Positions 19,682 to 29,621 of a DNA stretch of 64,000 nucleotides are shown in pieces. Both the position numbers and the translations under genes were made by a program. Location of the stretch: positions 1,193 to 65,192 of the IMG/VR virus record IMGVR_UViG_2932017207_000003. The stretch is one strand, 5' to 3'. Position 1 is the first letter of the stretch; each line of letters begins with the position of its first letter. The notes below the pieces were generated by a model that saw nothing but the letters and a program-made list of their open reading frames with translations, made no database searches and was not told the DNA's origin. The stretch is from a virus.

Positions 19682-19879
19682 TTACTTGCTGGCCTGTGCG
19701 GCGCTCTTCGATGCGGCCGCGGTGTCCTTGGCGGTGTCGGTGCTCGGCTTCGCGGTTTCGGTGGCGGGCGACTTCACGACCTCGTAGCCGCGGTTGATGA
19801 GCTGCTCACGCTCGAGTGCGGATCCGACACGGCACTCGCGGCCGTCGGGGCTACGCATCACGATGGGGGTGAAAGACAT
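19682..19879 (-). CDS. Small virion-operon protein (65 aa)
   Basis: MSFTPIVMRSPDGRECRVGSALEREQLINRGY...; between major tail and chaperone. Confidence 0.7.
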   Translation of the reverse strand: MSFTPIVMRSPDGRECRVGSALEREQLINRGYEVVKSPATETAKPSTDTAKDTAAASKSAAQASK

Positions 19880-19971
19880 TCGGTTCGCTCCTGGACTACT
19901 TCCCGGCCATAAGGTGGTAGTCGCCCTGCGCGCGGCCAGGATTCTCACGCGCAGGGCGACGATCAGGGGGG

Positions 19972-20637
19972 TTACGGGGTGGCGATCGCGAAGCCCATCT
20001 TCTGGACGATCGGCGCGACACCCGGTCCACAGATAACGTTCTTGACCGAGTAGCCGAGGGTCGAGTCGACCTTCGCCTTCACCGTCAGCGGGTACGACAG
20101 CGCGTTCTCCGGGTTCCACGACTGCTCGCCAACCTCGGAAACCATTGCGCGCGGCAAGATCTTGAGGATGTAGATCGCGTCCGCACCCGAACCATCCACG
20201 GCGAGGAAGATCATCCGGTGGTAACGCGTCGACGGGGACGTAGGATCGTTGTACTGGATTTCCTTCGTGGTGCTGTCTGCCTTGACGGCAGACAGGTCGA
20301 TACCCGAGTACATCTCGAGGGTTTCCTTCTTCGTCTCCTGCGAGGTGAATGACACGCTTAGGTCGCGGGAGATGATGTCGGTACGGGTCGGCTCGAGCGA
20401 ACCCCACGACTCGACGTCACTGGACTTGACCTCGGGCTTGAAGCTCGGCGGCGCGTCCTTGGCGGTGTGGCCGAGGGACTTGAAGCCGGTCAACTCCTGC
20501 AAGTCAGCGGTAGCGCCGGTCGTGAACGCGGCAGGAATATTCGTCGCGATCGGGGCGACCAGGATCGCGCCCTTGAGGGGCTTGCGGATCAGCTCGGGAG
20601 CGAAGTTGGCGATGTCTTCGAAAGTTGCTGCAGCCAT
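19972..20637 (-). CDS. Major tail protein
   Basis: 221 aa; VESWGSLEPTRTDI motif; position after the tail terminator. Confidence 0.85.
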   Translation of the reverse strand: MAAATFEDIANFAPELIRKPLKGAILVAPIATNIPAAFTTGATADLQELTGFKSLGHTAKDAPPSFKPEVKSSDVESWGSLEPTRTDIISRDLSVSFTSQETKKETLEMYSGIDLSAVKADSTTKEIQYNDPTSPSTRYHRMIFLAVDGSGADAIYILKILPRAMVSEVGEQSWNPENALSYPLTVKAKVDSTLGYSVKNVICGPGVAPIVQKMGFAIATP

Positions 20638-20709
20638 CAGATTCTCCTTGATGTAGGCATGGGAAAGTGGCCGCAGCCCAAGAAGGGGGCGGCTGATAGT
20701 CCTGGCTTG

Positions 20710-21081
20710 TTAGTGGCGGAGTTGCCGGAACGACAGGCGGTAGGTTGCGGGAACTTTCCGCTCATCGGGGTTGAAGTCCGGGATCTGCTGTGTCCCGGTA
20801 ATTTCCGTGGCGGTATCGATCAGAACGCCACCGGCAGTGGTGCAGCCGGATTCAAGGATCCGGTCCCGGACATCGGCGGCAATGTCCTCGGACTCGTCGC
20901 GGGTGCCGGCCAGTACTTCGACGCGCACCACGGGGCGGTCGGTGATGCCGTCACTGTTGCCGCCTGCTCGGCGAATGAAGATGTAAGGGGCGGGGGTGTT
21001 GGGGTCGCGGCGCGTAACCGTGGGGGCGAGATCAGCGAGCATCTCGCAGAGCACGTCTTCGACCTTCGGGAATCTGGGCAT
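20710..21081 (-). CDS. Tail terminator
   Basis: 123 aa; RRAGG..DGITDRPVV.V motif; synteny. Confidence 0.75.
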   Translation of the reverse strand: MPRFPKVEDVLCEMLADLAPTVTRRDPNTPAPYIFIRRAGGNSDGITDRPVVRVEVLAGTRDESEDIAADVRDRILESGCTTAGGVLIDTATEITGTQQIPDFNPDERKVPATYRLSFRQLRH

Positions 21082-21377
21082 CAGGTGTTCTCGATCAGAT
21101 CCATCCAGTCCCGCATCACATGCTCGGCGGCGTTGTAGCGGGTGCCGTGTTCGCGGTAGCGGGCGTAGTGGCCGGAGGCGTAGACGACGCCTTCCATGCT
21201 GTTCGGGCCGTCCTCGGTGTACGCCTCAATGTGGGTGGCATTGAAGCCGGTACGCCAGCGCACATTTGTGGCCCAGTAGTCGGCCCCCTGCTCAGAAAGC
21301 TCCTGCAGGTAGTCGCGCAGGTCATCGCTGTGGGCGATGTACTCGTGCAGGTTGTTTCCCGCCGACGAGTAGTCCAC
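21081..21377 (-). CDS. Head-tail connector (HK97 gp10-like)
   Basis: YA.YREHGT motif; synteny. Confidence 0.7.
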   Translation of the reverse strand: MDYSSAGNNLHEYIAHSDDLRDYLQELSEQGADYWATNVRWRTGFNATHIEAYTEDGPNSMEGVVYASGHYARYREHGTRYNAAEHVMRDWMDLIENT

Positions 21378-21767
21378 CTATTTGACCCGCCGGATCACGA
21401 ACCGAACCCCGGTCTGCCAGCCAGTGAAGCCGTTCCGTGGGGTTTCGATGTTGCCGTCGATGCTGTACCGCTCCCCCTCGAAACGGAGGAAGTCGTTCGC
21501 AATCACATCGGACCCGACCGGTGCCGTGATCTGCGCGCGGTGCATGCGCTGCTCCCCATCCGTGTTGTCCTCACTGTTCGTGAGCCACTTCAGATCACAC
21601 GGACCAACAGGGTGGGTAGGTAGCTTGTTCGGGTCAACCAGATGCCCAGCCTGGTCCCGCATGTCACCGTGCCGATCCCGAACACCGGGGCGCTCCACCA
21701 GCAGCATCACACCACCAGGGAACGTCGGTGTCGGGTAGTTCACCACGTGATTGGCCTCGTCGAACAC
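21378..21767 (-). CDS. Head-to-tail stopper
   Basis: Synteny; Y.IDG..E motif. Confidence 0.7.
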   Translation of the reverse strand: MFDEANHVVNYPTPTFPGGVMLLVERPGVRDRHGDMRDQAGHLVDPNKLPTHPVGPCDLKWLTNSEDNTDGEQRMHRAQITAPVGSDVIANDFLRFEGERYSIDGNIETPRNGFTGWQTGVRFVIRRVK

Positions 21768-22156
21768 AGGCCGGCGTTACGGAGGATCCTCCAGCCGGCA
21801 GCGCACAGGCTGTTTACGGCGCCGTCGATCTCGGCTGCGGAAGCGTGTCCGGTGTATTTGACGGTGCCGCCGTCAGCGGACTGCGACTCCACCCCCACTG
21901 TGCGGCCTACCGACCCTGCAACAGGATCGATTCCAGCCTTTACCCACAACGCGACCTGCGCACATGTCGCGTCCCGCATTGCTTCCCGATAGTCGTCGTC
22001 TTCCGGGAGTCCGTTGGGGAGGGTGTTGTACCGGTCGAGGCGGGTCGCGTCCCGAACTAGGCTGGACGCGTCGCGGATCAGGGCGTCAGCGTCATCAGGG
22101 AACTCGCGAAGCCAGTTCCCCAACACGAGATCGTTCTTCTCCGCGTACACGAGCAT
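21740..22156 (-). CDS. Head-to-tail adaptor
   Basis: 138 aa after capsid; A.CAQV..W and L.NAGL motifs. Confidence 0.75.
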   Translation of the reverse strand: MLVYAEKNDLVLGNWLREFPDDADALIRDASSLVRDATRLDRYNTLPNGLPEDDDYREAMRDATCAQVALWVKAGIDPVAGSVGRTVGVESQSADGGTVKYTGHASAAEIDGAVNSLCAAGWRILRNAGLCSTRPITW

Positions 22157-22158
22157 GT

Positions 22159-22416
22159 TCAGGCATCTGCCTTCCGGGTGCGGCTACGGCGGGCTGGCTT
22201 CTGCTCGACAACCGGCTCGGGTGCCTCGTCGGGGGTCGGCTCCGGCTCAGCTTCCAGCTCAGGCTCAGGCTCAGGCTCAGGTGCGACGTGAACGCGCTCG
22301 ACATGCGCCTCGGAGGCGTCGATCTTCTCCCAGTACGCCCACTCCTCGAGGTCCTCACGCCGGGTATCGGAGGTGATCACCCACGACGGATCGTGCATGT
22401 ACCGGTAGCAGAACAA
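22159..22416 (-). CDS. Small acidic protein after the capsid gene
   Basis: 85 aa with PEPEPE tract, in the head operon. Confidence 0.6.
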   Translation of the reverse strand: MFCYRYMHDPSWVITSDTRREDLEEWAYWEKIDASEAHVERVHVAPEPEPEPELEAEPEPTPDEAPEPVVEQKPARRSRTRKADA

Positions 22417-22489
22417 CGAAACCTCCAGAGACGGTGTGGGTTACCCGACCCGGGGCTGGGAGACGGATGTCCCCCAGCCCCGGTGCCGG

Positions 22490-23413
22490 TTATGCCTTCA
22501 GATCGCCGCGCAGCAGGACTGCGCGGTTCGGATCGAGGGTCTTGGTGCCGAACAGGATGTCGAGCGAGATAATGTCGGCCTTCTGCTGCATGTCGTACTG
22601 CTTGACGAGGCGCAGCGACAGACCCTTGTAGTTCTCGATCGTCGCCCAGGTGTTGTCGGTCGGGAGCGCGAGAGTCGCCGAGGCGAACGCAAAAGCGCTC
22701 TCGTGGAACGCCATACCGACCTCGGTCGTCGGCTGCCCGGTCGTCGGCGACGCGGGCGGCTGGACGATGTTCTGGGTCATGTACGTGTCGAACCCGAACA
22801 GCTTGGTGCCGAGCGAGCCCTCACGCAGCGCATCCGTCGCGCCGGACTGGTCGACCTGCTTGACCAGAGGCGAGTTCAGCCAGTTGGCGCGAGTCGTCGG
22901 ACCAATCACCGAATGACGCCGCGAGTTCGGAACATTCTTGATGTTCAGCAGGCGATCGGCCTCGATCAGCGCCTCCGGCTTCGTCCACTCGAACCCGGCC
23001 GGCACGGCACCGCCAGCGATCTGAGTGATGTCAGCCTTGCGGGCGATGATCGCGCGGTCCACCGCCTGCGCGAGTGCCTCCGCTGCCGGTGCGAGGAACT
23101 GCTCCTCGAAGTCCTCGATGCGAAGGGTCAGATCCTCCGCCGTGACTGCGAACGAGACGTCCTTGTGCTGGTCCAGCTTGACGTCGATACCGGTCTCGGT
23201 TGCGTTCTGGATGGTGATGTTCGGTGCAGCCCGATCGAAGTTCTGGGCGGTGAATGTGGCGGGCTTGCGGATCGTGACGGTCGATCCGATCTTCTTGCCC
23301 GTCCACTCCTGCGACACGTCCGTGTGGACGAGCGGAACCATGCACAGGTTCTCATACAGGTTCATCAGGGTCTGCTTAGCGATGACAGAGGGGGTGAGAA
23401 TGGTATTAGCCAT
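22490..23413 (-). CDS. Major capsid protein (P22 coat-like)
   Basis: MANTILTPSVIAK; KIGSTVTIRKP; D.LFG.K.LDP motifs. Confidence 0.9.
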   Translation of the reverse strand: MANTILTPSVIAKQTLMNLYENLCMVPLVHTDVSQEWTGKKIGSTVTIRKPATFTAQNFDRAAPNITIQNATETGIDVKLDQHKDVSFAVTAEDLTLRIEDFEEQFLAPAAEALAQAVDRAIIARKADITQIAGGAVPAGFEWTKPEALIEADRLLNIKNVPNSRRHSVIGPTTRANWLNSPLVKQVDQSGATDALREGSLGTKLFGFDTYMTQNIVQPPASPTTGQPTTEVGMAFHESAFAFASATLALPTDNTWATIENYKGLSLRLVKQYDMQQKADIISLDILFGTKTLDPNRAVLLRGDLKA

Positions 23414-23430
23414 GTGGTGCTCCTACGGAG

Positions 23431-24156
23431 TTAGACCCGGTCGCGTTCGCGCTTCTCGCGCCGTTCGCGACGGAGGTCATCGATGGACTTGGGGCCGCCG
23501 GCCTTGGGGGCTGCGTTGCCTCCAGAGAGATCACCGCCGCTTCGGGGAGCCGCCACCTGGACGGGTTCCTTCTTCAGCTTCGGGTTGTTGGTAACCGCCT
23601 CGGAGACAAGCGCATCCACCTGGGCTGCGAAGTCGTCCGTGGACGGGTCGAGCTTGTCGAGCAACCCCTCCCCCTTCAGGAACGGGAGAAGGATCGAGGT
23701 GTCGCCGTCATGCTTCGATGCGGCAGTGTTCAGTGCGTCCTTGACTTGGTAGGCGCGGAGCTGAGCCTCGGAAGTGTCGCGCTCACGGGCGATCGCGTCC
23801 TTCTCTGCAGCTGCCTGCTCGAGCAGCTGCGCCGGGTCCACGGGCCCATCGTCCTTGATGAACCCAAGAGCCTTACCCAGCCGCTCAGTCAACGCACGCT
23901 CAGCGTCCTCAGCTGCCTGCTTGGCAGCCTCAGTGCCCTTCACGCGGTTGTCGGCAGCCTCCTTGCGGAGCTTGCGGACGTAGTCCTCGGAGTACGTCTT
24001 CTCCGCCGGCGCCTCAGGTGCGGGGTCGGCAGCCTGTACAGAGCTGCCGGAATCCTCACCCGGAACGGTCTCTACCGGCTCTACTGCGGGAGTAGGAGTT
24101 TCGACCGGGTCGGTCACATCTGCGGAAACATCGGTGGTGGTGGCTTCGTCAGCCAT
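23431..24156 (-). CDS. Capsid scaffolding protein
   Basis: Acidic N-terminus, Y..KLRKEAA..R coiled coil, directly upstream of the capsid gene; ATG at 24156. Confidence 0.85.
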   Translation of the reverse strand: MADEATTTDVSADVTDPVETPTPAVEPVETVPGEDSGSSVQAADPAPEAPAEKTYSEDYVRKLRKEAADNRVKGTEAAKQAAEDAERALTERLGKALGFIKDDGPVDPAQLLEQAAAEKDAIARERDTSEAQLRAYQVKDALNTAASKHDGDTSILLPFLKGEGLLDKLDPSTDDFAAQVDALVSEAVTNNPKLKKEPVQVAAPRSGGDLSGGNAAPKAGGPKSIDDLRRERREKRERDRV

Positions 24157-24265
24157 TTCAGACTCCTCGATGCGGCACCAGGCCGCGACACAGGGATTCC
24201 CCACAGCACCTGGCCGGGGGTCTGGAAGACATCCGCCACACCCAACAAGGGGGCAGACATGAGAA

Positions 24266-24382
24266 AACCCCTGCCCGACAGTGCGGTTCAGGGGTTGAAA
24301 GGGTGCGCCAGAATCAGATCAGACGCGGGGAGCTTGCCGTAGATACACGAAAACCCCCACAAGCCAATGCTGTAGGGGTTTT
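24266..24382 (-). terminator. Two related terminator-like hairpins
   Basis: AACCCCTG/CAGGGGTT (24266-24296) and AAAACCCC/GGGGTTTT (24350-24382), both ending in T-runs on the minus strand. Confidence 0.55.
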
Positions 24383-24458
24383 AGGTACACGCCAAGGATA
24401 GGCCCAACGATACACACCCAAAAAACGGTGTGCAACGGAGTTTCTAGATAGGCAGAAG

Positions 24459-24629
24459 CTACTCCGTCGGAGGCTCCAAGCCGACGTTGAGATAGGCGCG
24501 GATCTCATTCGGGAACGGAGGAATCGGCCGACCGATCACCCGCGACGATTCATGGCGGCTTGCGGTCATCTCCTGCGGAGTCTCAACGACCCGAACCGGA
24601 TGCAGTTCCTCGTCCATGAGAGCACCCAT
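24459..24629 (-). CDS. Micro-ORF B (56 aa), paralog of ORF A; candidate immunity protein
   Basis: GGAAGGA RBS; MGALMDEELHPV...TPQE.TASR...R.YL..GLEPPTE. Confidence 0.7.
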   Translation of the reverse strand: MGALMDEELHPVRVVETPQEMTASRHESSRVIGRPIPPFPNEIRAYLNVGLEPPTE

Positions 24630-24648
24630 AACGACATCCTTCCAGGAA

Positions 24649-24840
24649 CTACTCGGTAGGAGGTTCGAGGCCGGCGTCGAGATAGAGACGCCGCTCAACC
24701 GGAGACACTGGCAGCCTGAAATCAGGATTGCCGTTCACCTCGGCAAGCACCTTCGAAGCACGCAACCGGGAAGCTGTCGCTTCCTGCGGTGTCCGCTTCA
24801 CGAAAACCGGATGCAGTTCCTCATCCATCAGCGCACTCAC
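24649..24840 (-). CDS. Micro-ORF A (63 aa), translationally coupled to MuF-ART; candidate immunity protein
   Basis: GTGA overlap with the toxin stop; MSALMDEELHPVFVKRTPQEATASR...YLDAGLEPPTE. Confidence 0.7.
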   Translation of the reverse strand: MSALMDEELHPVFVKRTPQEATASRLRASKVLAEVNGNPDFRLPVSPVERRLYLDAGLEPPTE

Positions 24841-26669
24841 GAGATCTCCCCTCCCGAGACGACTGCCTGTAGTCGCCATACTCTACGCCCAAGCTGAAGA
24901 CTACGCTGGTCCAGATAGCCGCCCACGATCTCATACGCCTGACCGTCGATGATCAATGCCTCCGCCTCGTCGGGAATCTCTGCCAGGCCACCAAGCCGCA
25001 ATGCTGGGGTACCTCTTGGCACGATCAACTCCAGAATCGCGGGATGAGGGCGCATGGCAGAGTGGGGCGGGTCCGGCCTGACACTGGTGGACATGAACCC
25101 GGGTTCCACCACCTGCTCGCCTATCAGGTGGTCAATCGAGTCAGCCCCAACGAGGTTGAACAGCCTTGCATCGACCTCGCGCGTCACACGCACGGCCTGC
25201 GGAAGCGGATACTTCGACAGTGCCGACCGGATCGCATCGACACGCGACTGGATCGTCGGTGTCATCTCGATTTCTCCACGCAGCGCACGATTGGTGTTGC
25301 GGAATCCACTGATTGCATACGCCTCGATGTGACCTGCCTCGGATTCTGTGAGCAGGTCGGGGCGCTGGCCGCGGAGAACGTCCTCAGCGAGTGGGGTCTG
25401 GTTGAATCCGAACGGGTCGTCGCCATCGCCACCGCCCGACCCTCCACCTCCTGGTGATGGAGTCGGTGCAGATGGTGTGACGCCACCGCTGCCTCCGCCT
25501 GGAACGGAACGGAGCGGTTCATTCGCTGTGTTGCCGCCAGTGTCTTCCGCGCCAGCCGCCATCTTGAGATCCCGATACCCGCGGTGGAGTTGTTCGCGGT
25601 CACGATCACGACTGACCCCGGTCGCGGCGATATGCCGGCGGATGTCGGCCTGGGCGGCACGGATGTGGCGCTTCGCTGCCGCCTCAGCCTCCGGCGACTG
25701 CGCTGCGGCAAGCACACGTTTCCACCGGCGGACACGGCGCTCGAGATACCGCAATTTCTGTGTCGCCCTGTAGCCCTCCGGATCCGGAGGCGAATCATCC
25801 GGCGGCGCAGGATCCTCCGGCGTCCAGATTTTCAGCACGTGTCGGCAACCTGGATGCCACAGGCCACGCGCCTTCGCTTCCTCGATCGAGGCGTACACCC
25901 GGACGCGTTCACTCCGCCCGGTGGCCGGGTTGGTCGTGATGGCGCCGCGGGTGGTGCCCGTGATCGACAAGAGCTTCCCCTCGAAGGGACGACAAAGTTC
26001 GCAACTCTGCGGGACGTCGGAGATGATGACCAAGTCCAGGCCGGCATGACGAGCCTGTGCGAGGTAGGCGCTGACTTCGGCTTCGGTGATCGCCGTTCGG
26101 ACTGCCATCTCGGCGTATGTGACGAGGTCGTAGGAGCGGCCACGTTTGTCGATGAACCCGGAGATGCCTTCGGCCGCGAATTTGTCGAGTGCCCTCTGCA
26201 CGAGGCGTTTGCGGGCGGCCTTGCTGTCGGCTTTCTGTCCGGCCGTGGCTTCGCGGATGATCCGCTGGTAGGCGTTCTCCGTGACGAGTTTTGCCCGTTC
26301 GAGGGGCTGCTCCAGCTTCCGGTTGAGGGCTTCCGCCCGCTGCGCCGAGGCGCCGTCCACCGGGTAGACCGGCACCCGCACGGTGGGCGTGAGGTCGTCG
26401 ATCGCGGCTTGCCGGCCGTTCTCCATAGCCTCACGCATCGCCTCAGAGACGCGGACACGTGATTCGGAGCGAAGGTTGTCGAGGATCCTCGCTACCGCCC
26501 GCCGCACAGGGCCGATCCGTAGTGCGAGCCGTGTCAGACCGGACTGCGGCTGATCGAGATCACCCGTGACTTTGCCAGCGACGTAGCGGATCAGCTTCTC
26601 TTCCGCAGCCGCGTACAGGTTGGTGACGCGGGCAGCGAGTTTGTCCCCGAACGAGGGGGTGAGGGGCAT
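24837..26669 (-). CDS. MuF/minor capsid protein fused to a VIP2-like ADP-ribosyltransferase
   Basis: N-terminal minor-capsid domain (C.LC.PFEG, HPGCRH, QR..ERRVRRWK); Gly/Pro linker; C-terminal R (VTRE), FMSTS and EAE motifs. Confidence 0.85.
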   Translation of the reverse strand: MPLTPSFGDKLAARVTNLYAAAEEKLIRYVAGKVTGDLDQPQSGLTRLALRIGPVRRAVARILDNLRSESRVRVSEAMREAMENGRQAAIDDLTPTVRVPVYPVDGASAQRAEALNRKLEQPLERAKLVTENAYQRIIREATAGQKADSKAARKRLVQRALDKFAAEGISGFIDKRGRSYDLVTYAEMAVRTAITEAEVSAYLAQARHAGLDLVIISDVPQSCELCRPFEGKLLSITGTTRGAITTNPATGRSERVRVYASIEEAKARGLWHPGCRHVLKIWTPEDPAPPDDSPPDPEGYRATQKLRYLERRVRRWKRVLAAAQSPEAEAAAKRHIRAAQADIRRHIAATGVSRDRDREQLHRGYRDLKMAAGAEDTGGNTANEPLRSVPGGGSGGVTPSAPTPSPGGGGSGGGDGDDPFGFNQTPLAEDVLRGQRPDLLTESEAGHIEAYAISGFRNTNRALRGEIEMTPTIQSRVDAIRSALSKYPLPQAVRVTREVDARLFNLVGADSIDHLIGEQVVEPGFMSTSVRPDPPHSAMRPHPAILELIVPRGTPALRLGGLAEIPDEAEALIIDGQAYEIVGGYLDQRSLQLGRRVWRLQAVVSGGEIS

Positions 26670-26672
26670 TGG

Positions 26673-28313
26673 TTATGCCCCGTCGCCCTCGAGCTGGCCC
26701 GGGTTGGAGTCGGCGTCTTGGAGGTCGGTGTGCGGCTCGTCGATGACATCCGGGGTGTCGAACTCGGAAGGCTCATTAGGGATGTCGCGGCCCGTGTCGA
26801 TACGGATGAGGTCGACTTCCTTCTCGACTTCGGGGTTCGACCAGTTCGGGTTGAACATGCGCACACTGCGCTCAATCGACAGGGCGTCCGCCGTGCGCAG
26901 CGTTTGGATGGTGTTCGCCAACTGCTCCGGGGTCTGATCGGGCCTGACAGGGAACTTCATCTCCGGGTTCGCAGTCAGCCCGTAGTCGCCGCCGTACACA
27001 ATCTGATCGAGTTCGACCATCGTTCGCGCAAGCGGTTCCATCTCGGAGCGCCAGTAGCCGATCTTCTTCTCGCGGGTACGGTTCGACAAATCCTTACGGG
27101 CATTCACCTCGGTCGCGGTGATCGAGCCGGTCATCTCGTCGTCACCGAAGTCGGCGATCGAGTAGCCGGCGGACACCAAGATCCGCATCACCAGTTCTTT
27201 GGCGGTGGCCTTGTGTTCCTGGTGGCGGATCGCGAACTGGTTCGCCTGCACGAGCGCATTCGGGGAACCTTCGTCGGTGCCATACATCGACCCCGAGGGG
27301 CCGCCGCGCTTGAGGGGCGTAAAGACGGGCTGCTCCATGTCGAAACTCGCACCCTTACCAGGGCCGTTGTCAAGTAGCGCTTCGTCCGCGACGAACAGGC
27401 GGGACTTTCCGTGGTCGAGGTCCCGCATCCACGACGTCATCGTTTCGTCGAGGGCATCGAACAGCGGCTCGAGGCCATCGAAGTCCGAGCGCCCCAACTG
27501 GGACAGTCCGGGGGTGTTACGCCAGCCGCGGTTCGGGCGCACGTTCGGCACGTACGCTGCCGTGAGGCCCTTGACCCTGGTGGGGATCTTGCCTTCAGCG
27601 TCGACAAGTTCGGCGGCCCACTCGGTTTCGGGCATGTAGTCGAGGGGGAATGCGGAACCGAGTGTGTTTTTGTCGCCTTTATAGAGTCCGTGGTAGATCG
27701 CCCCGGGTTCGTGGCGTTCGAGGTGCCGCCACACGCCTTCTTTGTTGTCCCGCAGGATCGTCCAGAACGTGACGGCGGCGAGCTTCCCGTACCGCCACTC
27801 CGGGATCGCGCCGTCCGCGCCGACCGCAGACAGCATCACTTTGTCGGTGACAGCGGTGTCCCACCACAGCCGCAGGTACACGCCACCGAGCGCAGCCTGC
27901 AGTTCGGCAGCCTCCAGGAATGTTGCGTGTACGTCCTCGCCTTCGAGGAGGTGCTCGAGGCGTTCCTGCGCATCCTCGAAGTTCGTGGCGTCGTCCTTGC
28001 TGATGACCCACTGCGGTGTTTGCGCGAACAGCAGGTCAGCGGAGGTGCGGGCGACATCCGCGGCGATCGGAACGTGCAGCTTCTTCGACGGCTGCAAGGT
28101 CGGGCGGCCCCAGAAGAAGCGGGCAACCATCCCGGCAACGCCACCGGCGTATTGGGAGGGGCGTACCGCCGCGCCGGGCTGCGAATACAACGCAGCGAGG
28201 TGGTCGGTGTCGCCGGCGTACCAGGCGTTCCATACCGCGTACCGCTCCTGCGCGTGGTCATACGGTTCAGGTGGGAACGTGTCGCCGCGCTCAGGCAGTC
28301 CGGGCATCGTCAA
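26673..28313 (-). CDS. Portal protein (SPP1-like)
   Basis: 546 aa after terminase; GRSDF.GLEPLFDALDE..TSW.RD motif. Confidence 0.88.
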   Translation of the reverse strand: MTMPGLPERGDTFPPEPYDHAQERYAVWNAWYAGDTDHLAALYSQPGAAVRPSQYAGGVAGMVARFFWGRPTLQPSKKLHVPIAADVARTSADLLFAQTPQWVISKDDATNFEDAQERLEHLLEGEDVHATFLEAAELQAALGGVYLRLWWDTAVTDKVMLSAVGADGAIPEWRYGKLAAVTFWTILRDNKEGVWRHLERHEPGAIYHGLYKGDKNTLGSAFPLDYMPETEWAAELVDAEGKIPTRVKGLTAAYVPNVRPNRGWRNTPGLSQLGRSDFDGLEPLFDALDETMTSWMRDLDHGKSRLFVADEALLDNGPGKGASFDMEQPVFTPLKRGGPSGSMYGTDEGSPNALVQANQFAIRHQEHKATAKELVMRILVSAGYSIADFGDDEMTGSITATEVNARKDLSNRTREKKIGYWRSEMEPLARTMVELDQIVYGGDYGLTANPEMKFPVRPDQTPEQLANTIQTLRTADALSIERSVRMFNPNWSNPEVEKEVDLIRIDTGRDIPNEPSEFDTPDVIDEPHTDLQDADSNPGQLEGDGA

Positions 28314-28373
28314 CCTCCAAGGTTGGTGCGCGATATCGCTGTGGAGTTGTGAAAGAACAAGATTCAGGTCGAG

Positions 28374-29621
28374 CTAGTGAACAGTGAGGTCCGACCAGCC
28401 CCGGGAGGTGTGGGTTCCAACGAGAAGGCCCGCCATGCCAGGCTGAGACCACACGCCGTACTGGTGCTTCATGTACTCATCGGAGGCACCCAAAGCTTCA
28501 AGTGCAGGAAGACCGAACAGGGCACGGCCCTCGAACTCCATCGTGTAGTGGTGGTGGTAGTGCGCGAAGAACCATAGGGGCACCGCACCGAGTCGAGGGG
28601 TGTCGCCCAGGATCTGACGGTCGATCGCTGCCTTGGTCTTCGGCCCGGACGCTTGGCCGCGACCCTTCTCCGTGTAGCCATGGGTCATGTAGCAATCCAC
28701 GCCCGACAAGTTGACGACGACACCCGGTTCGCCAGTGTCGCCGATGGTCCAGTCAATCTTGGGGCCACCGAAGGGCTCCAACTCATCAAACATCTTCTGG
28801 ACCTGGCGGGCCACGAAGGTGGATGCGTTGTCACTGCGGCTGGTGACAGGATCCTTGGATCCGTTCCGGGTCCACTCGCCGTGGTTAGAGATCACCGATG
28901 ACGCGGACATCGGAAGCCCCAACGCTGCAATCTCTTTGAGCGTCCACACACGCAGGTCGTAGTCCAATTCCAACTGCTGAGACTGGTTCAATTCGACCGC
29001 GAAAGGCTGGCTGCCGTAGTTGTTGCATACGCCTTCGGTTTCGTCGCCCATCCACCCGATATGGACTCCCTCAGGCTGCCGGCCAGCGCTCACCAGAGTG
29101 CGGATGGTGGCGCAGTGGTCTCGGACGCCGTTCTTCCAGTTCTCGACCGCTTCCTCGGTGCCCGGCTTCCCGAGCTGCGGGTCTGCGATGAAGATCGGAT
29201 ACGAGGCTGGGAGAGTTACCGCCGCAACTGGGGCTTCGGTAGGACGGTCAGTGATGGACTGCAGCACCGAACGCCATTCCCGCACGGTGCTGTCCGGGAT
29301 CCGGGCGTGGCTGATGCGGCGGAACCTAGCGCTGTACGAGTACGCATACAGGGTGATGACGTCACGGTCGCCACTCTCGGTGCGCTTGGACTGCTGCCAT
29401 TCGCTGATCTTCTCGGAGACCGTGTCATCAACGATCTCGAAGTGTTCGGGGTTCTTGCCGAACTTCTTGAAGATCGGTGTCCAGTCGTCAGCGATGGGCT
29501 GGTCGACAACAACATTCTTGAACTCCAGGCCATCGGGTGAGGTGATGCACTCACCAGCCGACTCGGGTCGCCTGGGTGGTTCAGATCTTGGCGTGTTGGC
29601 GAGGTCGTCTGCGAGGCTCAC
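28374..29621 (-). CDS. Calcineurin-like metallophosphoesterase
   Basis: ADPQLGK, GDETEG, SNHGE, THG and HYHH metal-binding motifs. Confidence 0.75.
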   Translation of the reverse strand: MSLADDLANTPRSEPPRRPESAGECITSPDGLEFKNVVVDQPIADDWTPIFKKFGKNPEHFEIVDDTVSEKISEWQQSKRTESGDRDVITLYAYSYSARFRRISHARIPDSTVREWRSVLQSITDRPTEAPVAAVTLPASYPIFIADPQLGKPGTEEAVENWKNGVRDHCATIRTLVSAGRQPEGVHIGWMGDETEGVCNNYGSQPFAVELNQSQQLELDYDLRVWTLKEIAALGLPMSASSVISNHGEWTRNGSKDPVTSRSDNASTFVARQVQKMFDELEPFGGPKIDWTIGDTGEPGVVVNLSGVDCYMTHGYTEKGRGQASGPKTKAAIDRQILGDTPRLGAVPLWFFAHYHHHYTMEFEGRALFGLPALEALGASDEYMKHQYGVWSQPGMAGLLVGTHTSRGWSDLTVH

